Below the pieces are notes generated by a model. It was not told the origin of the DNA. It was given only the letters and a program-made list of their open reading frames with translations, and searched no databases. From an uncultured Bacteroidaceae bacterium (GTDB lineage Bacteria; Bacteroidota; Bacteroidia; Bacteroidales; SM23-62): 64,000 nucleotides of DNA. The stretch spans positions 430 through 64,429 of the forward strand of contig CAYQQR010000021.1 in assembly GCA_964420035.1 (NCBI GenBank). The letters run 5' to 3'. The position numbers were made by a program, and so were the translations under genes. Below, piece by piece: positions 9,770-18,883 of this stretch; the stretch's first letter is position 1, and each line of letters starts with the position of its first letter.

Positions 9770-10291
9770 GTGGTGAAGTATTTGAGAGCGTATTCCATTC
9801 CCTTCAGGGGATTGAAAGACGATTGGCACGAGTTTGATTTTGAGGTCACCAACAAGTTCTTTGAGTCTTTTGAAGGGTCTGAAGTGAAGAAAGGTCAGTT
9901 GGATTGCCTGGTCCGGATGAATAAGACCCCCCGTTTCCTGGAATTGTTCTTTAGCATCCGGGGACAGGTCGAGTTGGTATGCGACCGATGTCTCGAACTT
10001 TACCGGCAGGAGGTCTCCCTGGATGAAGATATCCTGATGAAGTTCGGTGAAGGGGAGGATGAAGATGAGCATATCATGTATATCCCGGATCATCAGGCTG
10101 AGGTGCAGCTTGCGCAACTGATCTATGAATTCATCGTCACCCATTTACCGCTGAAAAGGGTTCATACCCACGGAGAAGATTGCAATCAGGATATGCTGGA
10201 ACGGATTGATCATCTCCGGGAAGAACATGCCAGCATTGAGAAACGTGGAAATCCATTTGACCAGTTGAAAGAACTCAGGAAAAAACTTTAG
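9770..10291 (+). CDS. yceD: DUF177/YceD family protein
   Basis: Sits in the conserved yceD-rpmF-plsX-fabH arrangement and has a VCDRCLE motif. Start placed at GTG 9770, since the TTG-started extension covers the promoter box. Confidence 0.7.
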   Translation: MVKYLRAYSIPFRGLKDDWHEFDFEVTNKFFESFEGSEVKKGQLDCLVRMNKTPRFLELFFSIRGQVELVCDRCLELYRQEVSLDEDILMKFGEGEDEDEHIMYIPDHQAEVQLAQLIYEFIVTHLPLKRVHTHGEDCNQDMLERIDHLREEHASIEKRGNPFDQLKELRKKL

Positions 10292-10322
10292 GTTCAGGAA
10301 TTAGGAAAACAGCAATAAAATC

Positions 10323-10514
10323 ATGGCACATCCGAAGAGAAAAACATCAAAACAAAGAAGAGATAAACGGCGTACCCATTACAAAGCAAAAAAACCCACC
10401 CTGGCTACCTGCCAGACTACCGGTACCGTACATGAGTATCACAGGGCCTATTACGTGGACGGGAATCTCTACTACAAGGGCAAAATGATTATGGAAAGTG
10501 AATCATCTCTCTGA
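10323..10514 (+). CDS. rpmF: 50S ribosomal protein L32
   Basis: [22 protein letters not shown]-terminus typical of bL32. Confidence 0.95.
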   Translation: MAHPKRKTSKQRRDKRRTHYKAKKPTLATCQTTGTVHEYHRAYYVDGNLYYKGKMIMESESSL

Positions 10515-11455
10515 TGCGTATTGGGGTTGACAGTATGGGGGGCGACTTTGCACCTGCGGCCAATATTCGCGGAGCCATTTTGGCCCGGGAAATGTTGCCT
10601 GACGATGTCGAACTGGTACTTGTTGGTGACGAAGATCGCATAAAACCTCTTTTAACCCTTGACCAGGGTAAAGGTCGCGGGTTTACTGTTGTACATACCC
10701 CGGAAGTGATCGGGATGGGAGAACATCCCGGTAAGGCCTTCGCCCAAAAGAAAAATTCCAGTATTGCCGCAGGACTGAAATTGCTCAAAAGCGGTGAACT
10801 CGATTCCTTTTCATCTGCCGGAAACACCGGGGCGATGCTGGTTGGTGCATTACAGATCATTAACTTCATTCCCGGCGTAATCCGGCCCGGCATTGCCGCA
10901 CCTATTCCCACATTAAACAATTCCATGGCCATCATCATGGATGTCGGCATCAATCCCGACTGCAAACCCGATGTATTGTATCAGTACGGTATTTTGGCCA
11001 GCCTGTATTCCCATTATGTTTACGCGATCAAGGAACCCAGGGTCGGACTTGTAAATGTCGGGAAGGAGGAAGAAAAGGGAAATTTACTGACCCGTGCCAC
11101 CTATCAATTTATGAAAGACAGCCGGGATTTCAATTTCGTGGGCAATGTCGAGGGCAATGATTTCTTCAGTGGGGATGTTGCAGATGTGTTGATATGTGAC
11201 GGTTTCACAGGAAACGTGGTACTGAAGCTGATGGAGTCCATCTACCAGGTTTCCCGGAATAGAAATATTGCAGATCCGTTTTTTGATCAATTCAATTACG
11301 AACACTACGGGGGTATGCCGGTTTTGGGCATACAAAAGCCCGTGCTCATCGGTCATGGTATATCCAATGAATCGGCCATACGTCAGATGGTCCTTCATGC
11401 AAAGGAAGTAGTAGAATCTGGATTGTATGATAAAATTAAATTTGCATTCAATTAA
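10514..11455 (+). CDS. plsX: phosphate acyltransferase PlsX
   Basis: [15 protein letters not shown]-terminus. Its start overlaps the rpmF stop by 1 nt. Confidence 0.95.
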   Translation: MRIGVDSMGGDFAPAANIRGAILAREMLPDDVELVLVGDEDRIKPLLTLDQGKGRGFTVVHTPEVIGMGEHPGKAFAQKKNSSIAAGLKLLKSGELDSFSSAGNTGAMLVGALQIINFIPGVIRPGIAAPIPTLNNSMAIIMDVGINPDCKPDVLYQYGILASLYSHYVYAIKEPRVGLVNVGKEEEKGNLLTRATYQFMKDSRDFNFVGNVEGNDFFSGDVADVLICDGFTGNVVLKLMESIYQVSRNRNIADPFFDQFNYEHYGGMPVLGIQKPVLIGHGISNESAIRQMVLHAKEVVESGLYDKIKFAFN

Positions 11456-12453
11456 TGGAAAAAATCAGAGCAGCAATTACCGGTGTCAGTGCTTTTCTTC
11501 CTGATTACAGGCTGACCAATGAAAAGCTGAGTACCATGGTGGATACCTCAGATGAGTGGATCATGCAGCGAATCGGTATCAAGGAAAGAAGGATTCTGAA
11601 GGATCCCGAACAAGCCACCTCAGATATGGGCACCAAGGCGATTAAAAGCCTCTTGAAAAAGACAGGTACGGATGCCAAAGACATCCAGCTTTTAATTGTG
11701 GCAACCGTTACACCGGACATGATGTTTCCCAACACATCCAATCTTATATGCGAAAAAGCGGGTCTGGTTAATGCCTGGGGCTATGATATACTGTCTGCCT
11801 GTTCAGGGTTTTTATTCACTCTCCAAACCGCTTCACAGTTTATTGAATCGGGTCAATACCGGAAGGTCATCGTGGTGGGTGCGGACACCATGTCCAGGAT
11901 TACAGATTACAGTGACAGAACGACCTGTCCGCTTTTCGGAGATGCAGCCACAGCCATTCTTCTTGAGCCCACAAACGAAGAGCTTGGGGTCATGGATCAT
12001 ATCCTGAGGGTGGATGGAAAAGGAAGCAAGCATCTTTACCAGAAAGCAGGCGGTTCTCTTAATCCCACGACCCATGAAACGGTTGACAGACGGGAGCACT
12101 TTGTCTTCCAGGAGGGACAAACGGTATTTAAATTTGCAGTCTCCAATATGGCCGATGTAGCTGTTGAGATGATGAGACGTCATGATCTGACCCCCGAAAC
12201 CCTTCACTGGCTTGTGCCCCATCAGGCCAACATGCGGATCATTGAAGCCACTGCCAGGCGTATGGGATTGGCGAAGGAAAAGGTTATGATCAATATCCAG
12301 AACTATGGCAATACCACTGCAGCGACCATTCCGCTGTGTCTATGGGAATGGGAAACCAAATTGAACAAGGGCGACCATCTTATTTTGGCTGCTTTCGGGG
12401 GCGGATTTACCTGGGGCTCGATATACCTGAAATGGAGCTATGATCCTCAATAA
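11455..12453 (+). CDS. fabH: beta-ketoacyl-ACP synthase III
   Basis: Active-site context SACSGF, HQAN and GNTTAATIP motifs. Start overlaps the plsX stop by 1 nt. Confidence 0.95.
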   Translation: MEKIRAAITGVSAFLPDYRLTNEKLSTMVDTSDEWIMQRIGIKERRILKDPEQATSDMGTKAIKSLLKKTGTDAKDIQLLIVATVTPDMMFPNTSNLICEKAGLVNAWGYDILSACSGFLFTLQTASQFIESGQYRKVIVVGADTMSRITDYSDRTTCPLFGDAATAILLEPTNEELGVMDHILRVDGKGSKHLYQKAGGSLNPTTHETVDRREHFVFQEGQTVFKFAVSNMADVAVEMMRRHDLTPETLHWLVPHQANMRIIEATARRMGLAKEKVMINIQNYGNTTAATIPLCLWEWETKLNKGDHLILAAFGGGFTWGSIYLKWSYDPQ

Positions 12454-12503
12454 GCTGCTTGCTTATTAAGCTGAAAATCAATTTATTTTTTAAAATTTTA
12501 ATT

Positions 12504-12511
12504 TATATTTG
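12504..12511 (+). promoter_or_regulatory. -7 box TATATTTG upstream of the bactofilin/atp operon
   Basis: Perfect TAnnTTTG in an AT-rich spacer, 55 nt upstream of the ATG at 12566. Confidence 0.5.
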
Positions 12512-12565
12512 TGCCTGTAGAAACGGATGCAGGTGATTCATCAAACAATGAAAAAGTAATTCATA

Positions 12566-12982
12566 ATGGCGAAGCTAAATAATGAAAACGAAACCAATGG
12601 TCACAACATGATTGGTGCGGGAACAATGATCAACGGGGATATCAATTCCAATGGAGATATACGAATCGATGGCAGTCTGACCGGTAAATTATCCACCAAG
12701 GGTAAGGTTATCATTGGACAAACCGGAAGGATCAACGGGGAGATCAAATGTAAAAATTCGGTCATTGAAGGCTATATAGAAGGAAAGATACAGGTCTCCA
12801 GCCTGTTGGAACTGAAATCCACTTCACAGGTTCACGGGGACATCAGTGCGGCTCGTCTGGCCATCGAACCCGGTTCAAGATTTACAGGCAAATGTGAAAT
12901 GAATGGAACATCCTTCGAATATGGAGAAAAAACAAAATCAGACAAACCAGAAGAAAAAGAAGAATCAGTCAAAGTCAAATAG
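12566..12982 (+). CDS. bactofilin family (polymer-forming cytoskeletal) protein
   Basis: Repetitive beta-helix pattern INGDINSNGDIRIDGSLTGKLSTKGKVIIGQTGRINGEIKC. Confidence 0.8.
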   Translation: MAKLNNENETNGHNMIGAGTMINGDINSNGDIRIDGSLTGKLSTKGKVIIGQTGRINGEIKCKNSVIEGYIEGKIQVSSLLELKSTSQVHGDISAARLAIEPGSRFTGKCEMNGTSFEYGEKTKSDKPEEKEESVKVK

Positions 12983-13166
12983 TCCGGGTGCCTATATCAC
13001 CATAGCCGCCCAGATGTTCATCATTATCTTCATTGGGGTCTTTGGAGGAACCCAGCTGGATAGCCTCATCAAAATGGAGTTTCCCGTTTTCACTGTTTTG
13101 TTATCCATCGTTTCGGTTGCCCTGGCCATTTATATCGCTATTAAAAACCTTTTGAAAATACATTGA
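12921..13166 (+). CDS. AtpZ/AtpI-like small membrane protein
   Basis: Lys-rich N-terminus followed by two hydrophobic helices, located upstream of atpB. Start uncertain; the ATG at 12921 overlaps the bactofilin 3' end. Confidence 0.5.
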   Translation: MEKKQNQTNQKKKKNQSKSNSPGAYITIAAQMFIIIFIGVFGGTQLDSLIKMEFPVFTVLLSIVSVALAIYIAIKNLLKIH

Positions 13167-13173
13167 CCCTGAC

Positions 13174-13560
13174 ATGAATTATTCACTGGCAGGCTTTGCC
13201 CTCCGCCTACTGATATATACACTGATCATCAGTCTTCTGGGCGCCATAGTTTTTTATTTTTTCCTTCCCGGGTATTATCAACCGGTCTTTCCTTTCCTTG
13301 TCATTTTCTATTATGCCCTGACCCTGCTCTTTCACTATTTTATTTTCAGGGGTCATCCCCGGAAGTCCCACGGGTTCTTTAAAAGGTTCATGCTGGCCAC
13401 CGTTCTCAAACTGTTTATTTTACTGGTTTTCCTGATAACCTACCTGTTGCTTGCCAGGATACAAATACTCAGCTTTGCCGTCGTCTTTTTCATTTTATAT
13501 GTTTTTTATTCTGCCTGGGAAGTGAGCAGCGTACTCGGGATTGTTAAAAACAAAAGTTGA
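13174..13560 (+). CDS. hypothetical integral membrane protein (atp operon leader gene)
   Basis: 128 aa with about four hydrophobic helices. Lies between the atpZ-like gene and atpB. Confidence 0.5.
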   Translation: MNYSLAGFALRLLIYTLIISLLGAIVFYFFLPGYYQPVFPFLVIFYYALTLLFHYFIFRGHPRKSHGFFKRFMLATVLKLFILLVFLITYLLLARIQILSFAVVFFILYVFYSAWEVSSVLGIVKNKS

Positions 13561-13605
13561 AGACATTAAAGGCTGGGTATAAATTGTTATTTTTACGAGG
13601 CTTAA

Positions 13606-14799
13606 ATGCAGTGGTTCATGAACAAGAAGACAAAATCGATCATCGCGTTATCCGGTGTGACCATTGCTTTGTGCATACTTTTTTTCTATCCCGTATTTGC
13701 CGCACATCCAAGCCATCAGGATGAGACGGTTACAACTGAAGAAGCACATTCACAGGTCTACGATACAGAGCATTCTGCAGAGCAGCGGGAGGAAGCAATG
13801 CATGATGGGGAACATCATGATGAGGGATTTGATCCCGGGCATTTCATCATTCACCATATCATGGATGCCTACGAATGGCATATCTTCACCTACAAAGACC
13901 TGCACGTTGCCATTCCCCTGCCGGTGATCGTGTATTCCATAGAGAAAGGCTGGCATATATTCCTGTCCAGTAAGTTTCATAAAGCAGATAACATCTATAA
14001 GGGATTTACGCTGGCCCATGAAGGGGAGTTTTCCGGCAAGGTGATCGAGATCATGGAAGACGGATCGGTGCAAAGGCCTTTCCTGGACCTGTCATTCACC
14101 CGAAATGCATTTGGCATACTGATTTCAGTAGTGATTCTCCTGCTGATCTTTATTTCCGCAGCCAAAGCCTATAAAAAAAGAAAGGGGGCAGCACCCACCG
14201 GATTGCAGAACCTGGTGGAGCCTTTTGTAATTTTCATACGGGATGAAATAGCCATTCCTTCCATCGGGGCGGATAAATACCATCGTTTCCTGCCTTTCCT
14301 GCTGAGCCTCTTTTTCTTTATTTTCATCAATAATCTTTTGGGATTGATACCGGTGATAGGAGGGGCCAATGTGACCGGAAACATTACCGTGACCATGGTG
14401 CTGGCATTATTTACTTTCTTCATAACCAATATAAGCGGCGGGAGAAAATATTTGAAACATGTATTTAATACCCCCGGAATACCCTGGTGGATGAAGATCC
14501 CCATTCCATTGTTACCTGTCATCGAGATCATAGGTATGCTCACCAAGCCTTTCGTATTGATGGTTCGTTTGTTTGCGAACATTACGGCCGGGCATATCAT
14601 TGTACTTGGTTTTTACAGCCTTATTTTCATTTTTGGCAACATGGAGGCCTGGATCGGACTGGCGGTTTCTCCCCTGTCGGTCTTGTTTGCTATATTTATG
14701 TTCATGCTGGAGCTTTTGGTGGCCCTTATTCAGGCCTATGTATTTACCCTGCTGTCGGCCCTGTATTTCGGCATGGCCATTGAAGAAGCCCATCATTAA
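13606..14799 (+). CDS. atpB: F0F1 ATP synthase subunit a
   Basis: C-terminal LFANITAGH (essential Arg in VRLFAN) and LIQAYVFTLL motifs. His/Glu-rich N-terminal extension. The alternative start at 13618 is possible. Confidence 0.9.
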   Translation: MQWFMNKKTKSIIALSGVTIALCILFFYPVFAAHPSHQDETVTTEEAHSQVYDTEHSAEQREEAMHDGEHHDEGFDPGHFIIHHIMDAYEWHIFTYKDLHVAIPLPVIVYSIEKGWHIFLSSKFHKADNIYKGFTLAHEGEFSGKVIEIMEDGSVQRPFLDLSFTRNAFGILISVVILLLIFISAAKAYKKRKGAAPTGLQNLVEPFVIFIRDEIAIPSIGADKYHRFLPFLLSLFFFIFINNLLGLIPVIGGANVTGNITVTMVLALFTFFITNISGGRKYLKHVFNTPGIPWWMKIPIPLLPVIEIIGMLTKPFVLMVRLFANITAGHIIVLGFYSLIFIFGNMEAWIGLAVSPLSVLFAIFMFMLELLVALIQAYVFTLLSALYFGMAIEEAHH

Positions 14800-14816
14800 A
14801 AATGATAATATTTGAC

Positions 14817-14871
14817 CACACTCCACGCCCCACACTCACACCGCTTAAAACTTAAAACTTAATACTTAAAT
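14817..14871. repeat. two adjacent heptamer arrays (cacactc cacgccc cacactc; cttaaaa cttaaaa cttaata cttaaat)
   Basis: Read directly. Fills most of the atpB-atpE spacer. Confidence 0.75.
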
Positions 14872-14880
14872 CCTTCATTT

Positions 14881-15126
14881 ATGGAAGCATTCATCATTTT
14901 GCAAGCAGTATGGGGTAACGTTGCTGCAGCATTGGGAGCCGGAATTGCAACTATAGCCGCGGCATTTGGCATTGGCCGTATCGGTGCTACCGCCATAGAA
15001 GCCATTGCAAGACAGCCTGAAGCTGCCGGGGATATACGGTCGAACATGATTGTCTCGGCAGCCCTCATCGAAGGGGTGGCATTTTTCGCCGTCGTAGTTT
15101 GTCTGCTGGTCCTATTCCTTGGCTAA
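14881..15126 (+). CDS. atpE: F0F1 ATP synthase subunit c
   Basis: 81-aa hairpin protein with ARQPE loop and carboxylate in AALIEGVAFF. Confidence 0.95.
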   Translation: MEAFIILQAVWGNVAAALGAGIATIAAAFGIGRIGATAIEAIARQPEAAGDIRSNMIVSAALIEGVAFFAVVVCLLVLFLG

Positions 15127-15139
15127 AGCTTTGCGAGAG

Positions 15140-15177
15140 CCCGGAGACAGGCGGTTGGCCTGCCCCCGGGTTTTATT
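15140..15177 (+). terminator. intrinsic terminator/attenuator-like hairpin after atpE
   Basis: cccgg-aga-caggc-ggttg-gcctg-ccc-ccggg followed by ttttatt. Nested 5+5 bp GC stem plus a T-run, between atpE and atpF. Confidence 0.5.
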
Positions 15178-15204
15178 AATTAACTCCTAATCAGAACCTA
15201 AAAA

Positions 15205-15699
15205 ATGGAACTTGTTAAGCCGGATATTGGATTGATGTTCTGGATGCTGATCATGTTCAGCATCGTACTGTTCATCCTTGGCAAATATGCCTGGCCGGCC
15301 ATCATCAAATCTCTTAAGGACCGGGAAGAATCCATTCAAAACGCCCTTAAGTCTGCCGACACGGTCCGGCGGGAAATGGAACAAATGAAAGCCGATAATG
15401 AGGTGATTGTGAAAGAAGCAAGAAGGGAACGGGACAACATCATCCAGGAAGCCCGCCAGAGCAGGGACCAAATGCTTGAGGAAGCCAAAAAACGCTCTGA
15501 AGAAGATACCAAGAAAATGATCGAGCAGGCCCACAAGGCCATTGATAATGAGAAAGAAGCCGCTCTGCAGGAGATCAAAGACCTGGTTGCAGGTCTTTCT
15601 GTGGATATTGCGGAAAAAGTACTGCGTGAAAAACTAAAGGATGATAAGGAACAAAAAAAACTGATTGAAAAACTGCTCAACGAGATACGGGTAAATTGA
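15205..15699 (+). CDS. atpF: F0F1 ATP synthase subunit b
   Basis: One N-terminal TM helix followed by a long charged coiled coil. Operon position. Confidence 0.85.
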   Translation: MELVKPDIGLMFWMLIMFSIVLFILGKYAWPAIIKSLKDREESIQNALKSADTVRREMEQMKADNEVIVKEARRERDNIIQEARQSRDQMLEEAKKRSEEDTKKMIEQAHKAIDNEKEAALQEIKDLVAGLSVDIAEKVLREKLKDDKEQKKLIEKLLNEIRVN

Positions 15700-15708
15700 C
15701 AGACTCCT

Positions 15709-16263
15709 ATGAATTACAGCAAAATATCGGTCCGCTACGCCAAAGCGCTTTTCACCGCCGCTTTGGAAGAGAACAAGCTTGAACTTGTCAGGAAGGATAG
15801 CGAACTGATTAACGAAACCATGAAGCAAACACCGGAGATTAGCGAGTTCCTGGAAAGCCTGGTTCTGGATCCCTCAACCAAGATCAAAGGGCTGGAGATC
15901 GTTTTCAAGGCTAAGGTCCAGGAATTGACCATGAATTTTCTTCGTCTTGTAGTGGCCAATCGCCGGGAAGATCACTTGGACGCTATTTTTCGGCAGTACG
16001 ATAAACAATATAAGGAACACAAAAACATTAGACTGGTGAAAATCCGCTCGGCACACTCCATATCCAAAGAAGAACAGGATGGAATACTCGCACTGGTCAG
16101 GGAACTGTATCCCTCGGAACTGGAAGTTAAAAACGAGATACAGGAAGACCTGATCGGGGGTTTTGTCATGCAGATCGAGGACCAGCAGATCGACGCCAGT
16201 GTTTCCAGGCAGTTGAACAGTGTACGGAAAAAACTTAGCGTTAACCATAGTTTGAACCATTAA
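15709..16263 (+). CDS. atpH: F0F1 ATP synthase subunit delta
   Basis: 184 aa, OSCP-like ([10 protein letters not shown]-terminus). Operon position. Confidence 0.85.
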   Translation: MNYSKISVRYAKALFTAALEENKLELVRKDSELINETMKQTPEISEFLESLVLDPSTKIKGLEIVFKAKVQELTMNFLRLVVANRREDHLDAIFRQYDKQYKEHKNIRLVKIRSAHSISKEEQDGILALVRELYPSELEVKNEIQEDLIGGFVMQIEDQQIDASVSRQLNSVRKKLSVNHSLNH

Positions 16264-16274
16264 AATTTCAGTGT

Positions 16275-17864
16275 ATGGCAGAAATTAATCCTGCAGAAGT
16301 ATCGGATATACTGAGAAATCAGTTAAAAGGACTTCAGACCAGGCTGGAGATTGAAGAAGTCGGAACGGTACTTCAGGTGGGCGATGGTATCGTCAGGATC
16401 TACGGATTGACCCGTGTCCGGGCCAATGAACTCATCGAATTTGAAAATGGCATGAAAGGCATTGTCCTGAACCTGGAAGAAGATAACGTAGGTGCCGTTT
16501 TACTGGGTTCCTCCGAACTGATCAAGGAAGGAGACACCGTGAAACGCACCAGGCAGATCGCTTCCATCCATGTAGGAGAAGGATTACTGGGCCGGGTCAT
16601 CGATACCCTGGGGGAACCCCTGGACGGAAAGGGCCCCATCCGGGGCGAACTGTTCGAAATGCCGCTGGAACGAAAAGCACCCGGCGTGATCTACCGGCAG
16701 CCGGTGAGTGAACCCCTGCAGACCGGCATCAAGGCCATCGATGCCATGATCCCCATCGGACGCGGACAAAGGGAGTTGATCATCGGGGACCGCCAGACCG
16801 GGAAGACGGCTATCGCCCTGGATACCATCATCAACCAAAAGGAATTTTATGACCGGGGAGAACCGGTATATTGTATTTATGTGGCAATTGGCCAGAAGGG
16901 TTCTACAGTGGCCAATATTGCCAAGACCCTTGCAGATAAAGGCGCCATGGACTATTCCATAATCGTGTCTGCAACGGCTTCTGACCCTGCCGCAATGCAG
17001 TTCTACGCGCCCTTCGCCGGAGCATCCATCGGGGAGTATTTCAGGGATACCGGAAGGCCGGCTCTTATCATTTTTGACGACCTTTCCAAGCAGGCCGTAT
17101 CCTACAGGGAAGTCTCGCTGCTGCTGCGCAGGCCCCCGGGCCGGGAGGCTTATCCCGGTGATGTGTTCTACCTGCATTCCAGGTTGCTGGAAAGAGCTGC
17201 CAAGATCATCAAATCGGACAAAATGGCCAAAGAAATGAACGATTTGCCCGAGAGCATCAAAGCTAAAGTCAAGGGAGGAGGATCACTGACTGCCCTTCCC
17301 ATCATTGAAACCCAGGCAGGCGATGTTTCCGCTTATATTCCCACCAATGTGATCTCCATCACCGATGGACAGATCTTCTTGGAGTCCAACCTGTTCAATG
17401 CAGGAATCCGCCCGGCAATCAATGTGGGGATCTCAGTCTCCAGGGTCGGCGGCAAGGCCCAGGTCAAGGCCATGAAAAAGGTGGCAGGAACCCTCAAGCT
17501 CGACCAGGCACAATACAGGGAACTGGAAGCTTTTGCAAAGTTTGGTTCCGACCTTGACAAGGCAACCAAGGCGGTGCTGGATAAAGGCGCCAAGAATGTG
17601 GAGATCCTGAAGCAGGGACAATATGCACCCATGACCGTAGGAAAGCAGATTGCCATCATCTTCAGCGGAACACGGGGCCTGTTGGCAAAAGTGCCTGTGG
17701 AAAAAGTAAAAGCCTTTGAGAAAGATTTCCTGGGCATTATTGAAACAGGACATAAGGGTCTCCTTAAAAGCTTGCAAAAAGGCGAAATCAGCGATGAAAT
17801 TGAATCAAAACTGGAAAACCTTGCCAGGGAAGTGGCAGAGAAATACGAAGAGGAATATCCCTAA
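16275..17864 (+). CDS. atpA: F0F1 ATP synthase subunit alpha
   Basis: Walker A GDRQTGKT and the typical alpha-subunit sequence throughout. Confidence 0.97.
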   Translation: MAEINPAEVSDILRNQLKGLQTRLEIEEVGTVLQVGDGIVRIYGLTRVRANELIEFENGMKGIVLNLEEDNVGAVLLGSSELIKEGDTVKRTRQIASIHVGEGLLGRVIDTLGEPLDGKGPIRGELFEMPLERKAPGVIYRQPVSEPLQTGIKAIDAMIPIGRGQRELIIGDRQTGKTAIALDTIINQKEFYDRGEPVYCIYVAIGQKGSTVANIAKTLADKGAMDYSIIVSATASDPAAMQFYAPFAGASIGEYFRDTGRPALIIFDDLSKQAVSYREVSLLLRRPPGREAYPGDVFYLHSRLLERAAKIIKSDKMAKEMNDLPESIKAKVKGGGSLTALPIIETQAGDVSAYIPTNVISITDGQIFLESNLFNAGIRPAINVGISVSRVGGKAQVKAMKKVAGTLKLDQAQYRELEAFAKFGSDLDKATKAVLDKGAKNVEILKQGQYAPMTVGKQIAIIFSGTRGLLAKVPVEKVKAFEKDFLGIIETGHKGLLKSLQKGEISDEIESKLENLAREVAEKYEEEYP

Positions 17865-17876
17865 TCGCTTATTAGC

Positions 17877-18773
17877 ATGATCAGCCTGAAAGAAATAAGG
17901 ACCAGGATCAAGTCGGTTAATTCCACCCGGCATATAACCTCGGCCATGAAAATGGTGTCGGCTGCCCGGTTGAGGAAAGCCCAGGATGCCATACTTAAGC
18001 TAAGGCCCTACGCGGATAAATTACAGGAGATACTTAAGAATATCAGCAGCAGTTTACAGCAGGATGAGGCTAATATTTACGGCCGGCAATCGCGGCTTCA
18101 GCGGGTACTCCTGATCATGATCACTTCGAACCGCGGACTATGCGGGTCTTTCAATTCATCGGTTATCCGCAAAACCTTGATGGTGATGCATGAAGATTAT
18201 ATATGGCAACTGAAGCGCGGCGACCTGGATGTTATTTGCATCGGTAAATCGGGCTATGAATATCTGAAAAAAAGAGATTACCCGGTTGCCGGTCATAAGA
18301 ACGAACTTTTAGAAGATCTCCGCTTCGATAAGGTGATTGAATTTTCCCGGGAGCTTATGGATCAATTTGTTCAGAAGAAATATGACCGTATTGATTTAAT
18401 ATACAATAAGTTCCAGAATGCCGCTGTACAGATCCTTACCCGCGAACAATTCCTTCCAATTGAAATAGTTGAAGAAGAGGAAGAAGAAGTAAAAGATATT
18501 CACAGGATATATGTTGACTATATCTATGAACCTTCCCGCGAGAAGATCATGACAGAACTGGTCCCCCGCTCCCTGGAAATACAAGTCTATAAAGCCCTGA
18601 TGGACTCTCGGGCCGCCGAGCACGGTGCACGCATGACCGCCATGCATAAGGCCTCGGATAATGCCACGGAACTGCTCGGGGAGTTGCGGCTGCAGTACAA
18701 CAAGGCCCGCCAGGCCGACATCACCAACGAGATCCTCGAGATCATGAGCGGGGCAAATGCCCTCGATAAATGA
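17877..18773 (+). CDS. atpG: F0F1 ATP synthase subunit gamma
   Basis: IRTRIKSVNSTRHITSAMKMVSAARL N-terminus and ITNEILEI C-terminus. Confidence 0.95.
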   Translation: MISLKEIRTRIKSVNSTRHITSAMKMVSAARLRKAQDAILKLRPYADKLQEILKNISSSLQQDEANIYGRQSRLQRVLLIMITSNRGLCGSFNSSVIRKTLMVMHEDYIWQLKRGDLDVICIGKSGYEYLKKRDYPVAGHKNELLEDLRFDKVIEFSRELMDQFVQKKYDRIDLIYNKFQNAAVQILTREQFLPIEIVEEEEEEVKDIHRIYVDYIYEPSREKIMTELVPRSLEIQVYKALMDSRAAEHGARMTAMHKASDNATELLGELRLQYNKARQADITNEILEIMSGANALDK

Positions 18774-18881
18774 TTCAGGATTCAGCCTGCCTGCCGGCAG
18801 GCAGGGATTCAGGATTCAGGATTAGGGTGTGGGTGTGTAAACCATAAACTAAGAACTTAGAACTTAGAACGGGGAACCGGG
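18774..18881. repeat. patchwork of 7-nt tandem units filling the whole atpG / disrupted-gene spacer
   Basis: attcagg attcagc; gattcag gattcag gattagg; tgtaaac cataaac taagaac ttagaac ttagaac ggggaac (six heptamers ending in AAC). Confidence 0.75.
18786..18805. terminator. perfect 20-nt GC-rich palindrome between convergent genes
   Basis: cctgcctgcc|ggcaggcagg. Possible bidirectional terminator, but there is no T-run on either side. Confidence 0.4.
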
Positions 18882-18883
18882 AT

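Noticed and set aside
12903-12920. Longer start (12903) for the AtpZ-like ORF, and the 13664..13927 and 14487..14815 alternative-frame ORFs in atpB
   Set aside because: The Lys-rich N-terminus begins at the ATG at 12921. The other ORFs are out-of-frame overlaps of a clear atpB.
18774-18881. Tandem-repeat spacers as CRISPR arrays or phase-variation microsatellites
   Set aside because: The units are 7-8 nt with no unique spacers, so they are not CRISPR. They lie outside coding regions and are mostly not in promoters, so classic phase variation is unsupported, except possibly at 40031-40075.
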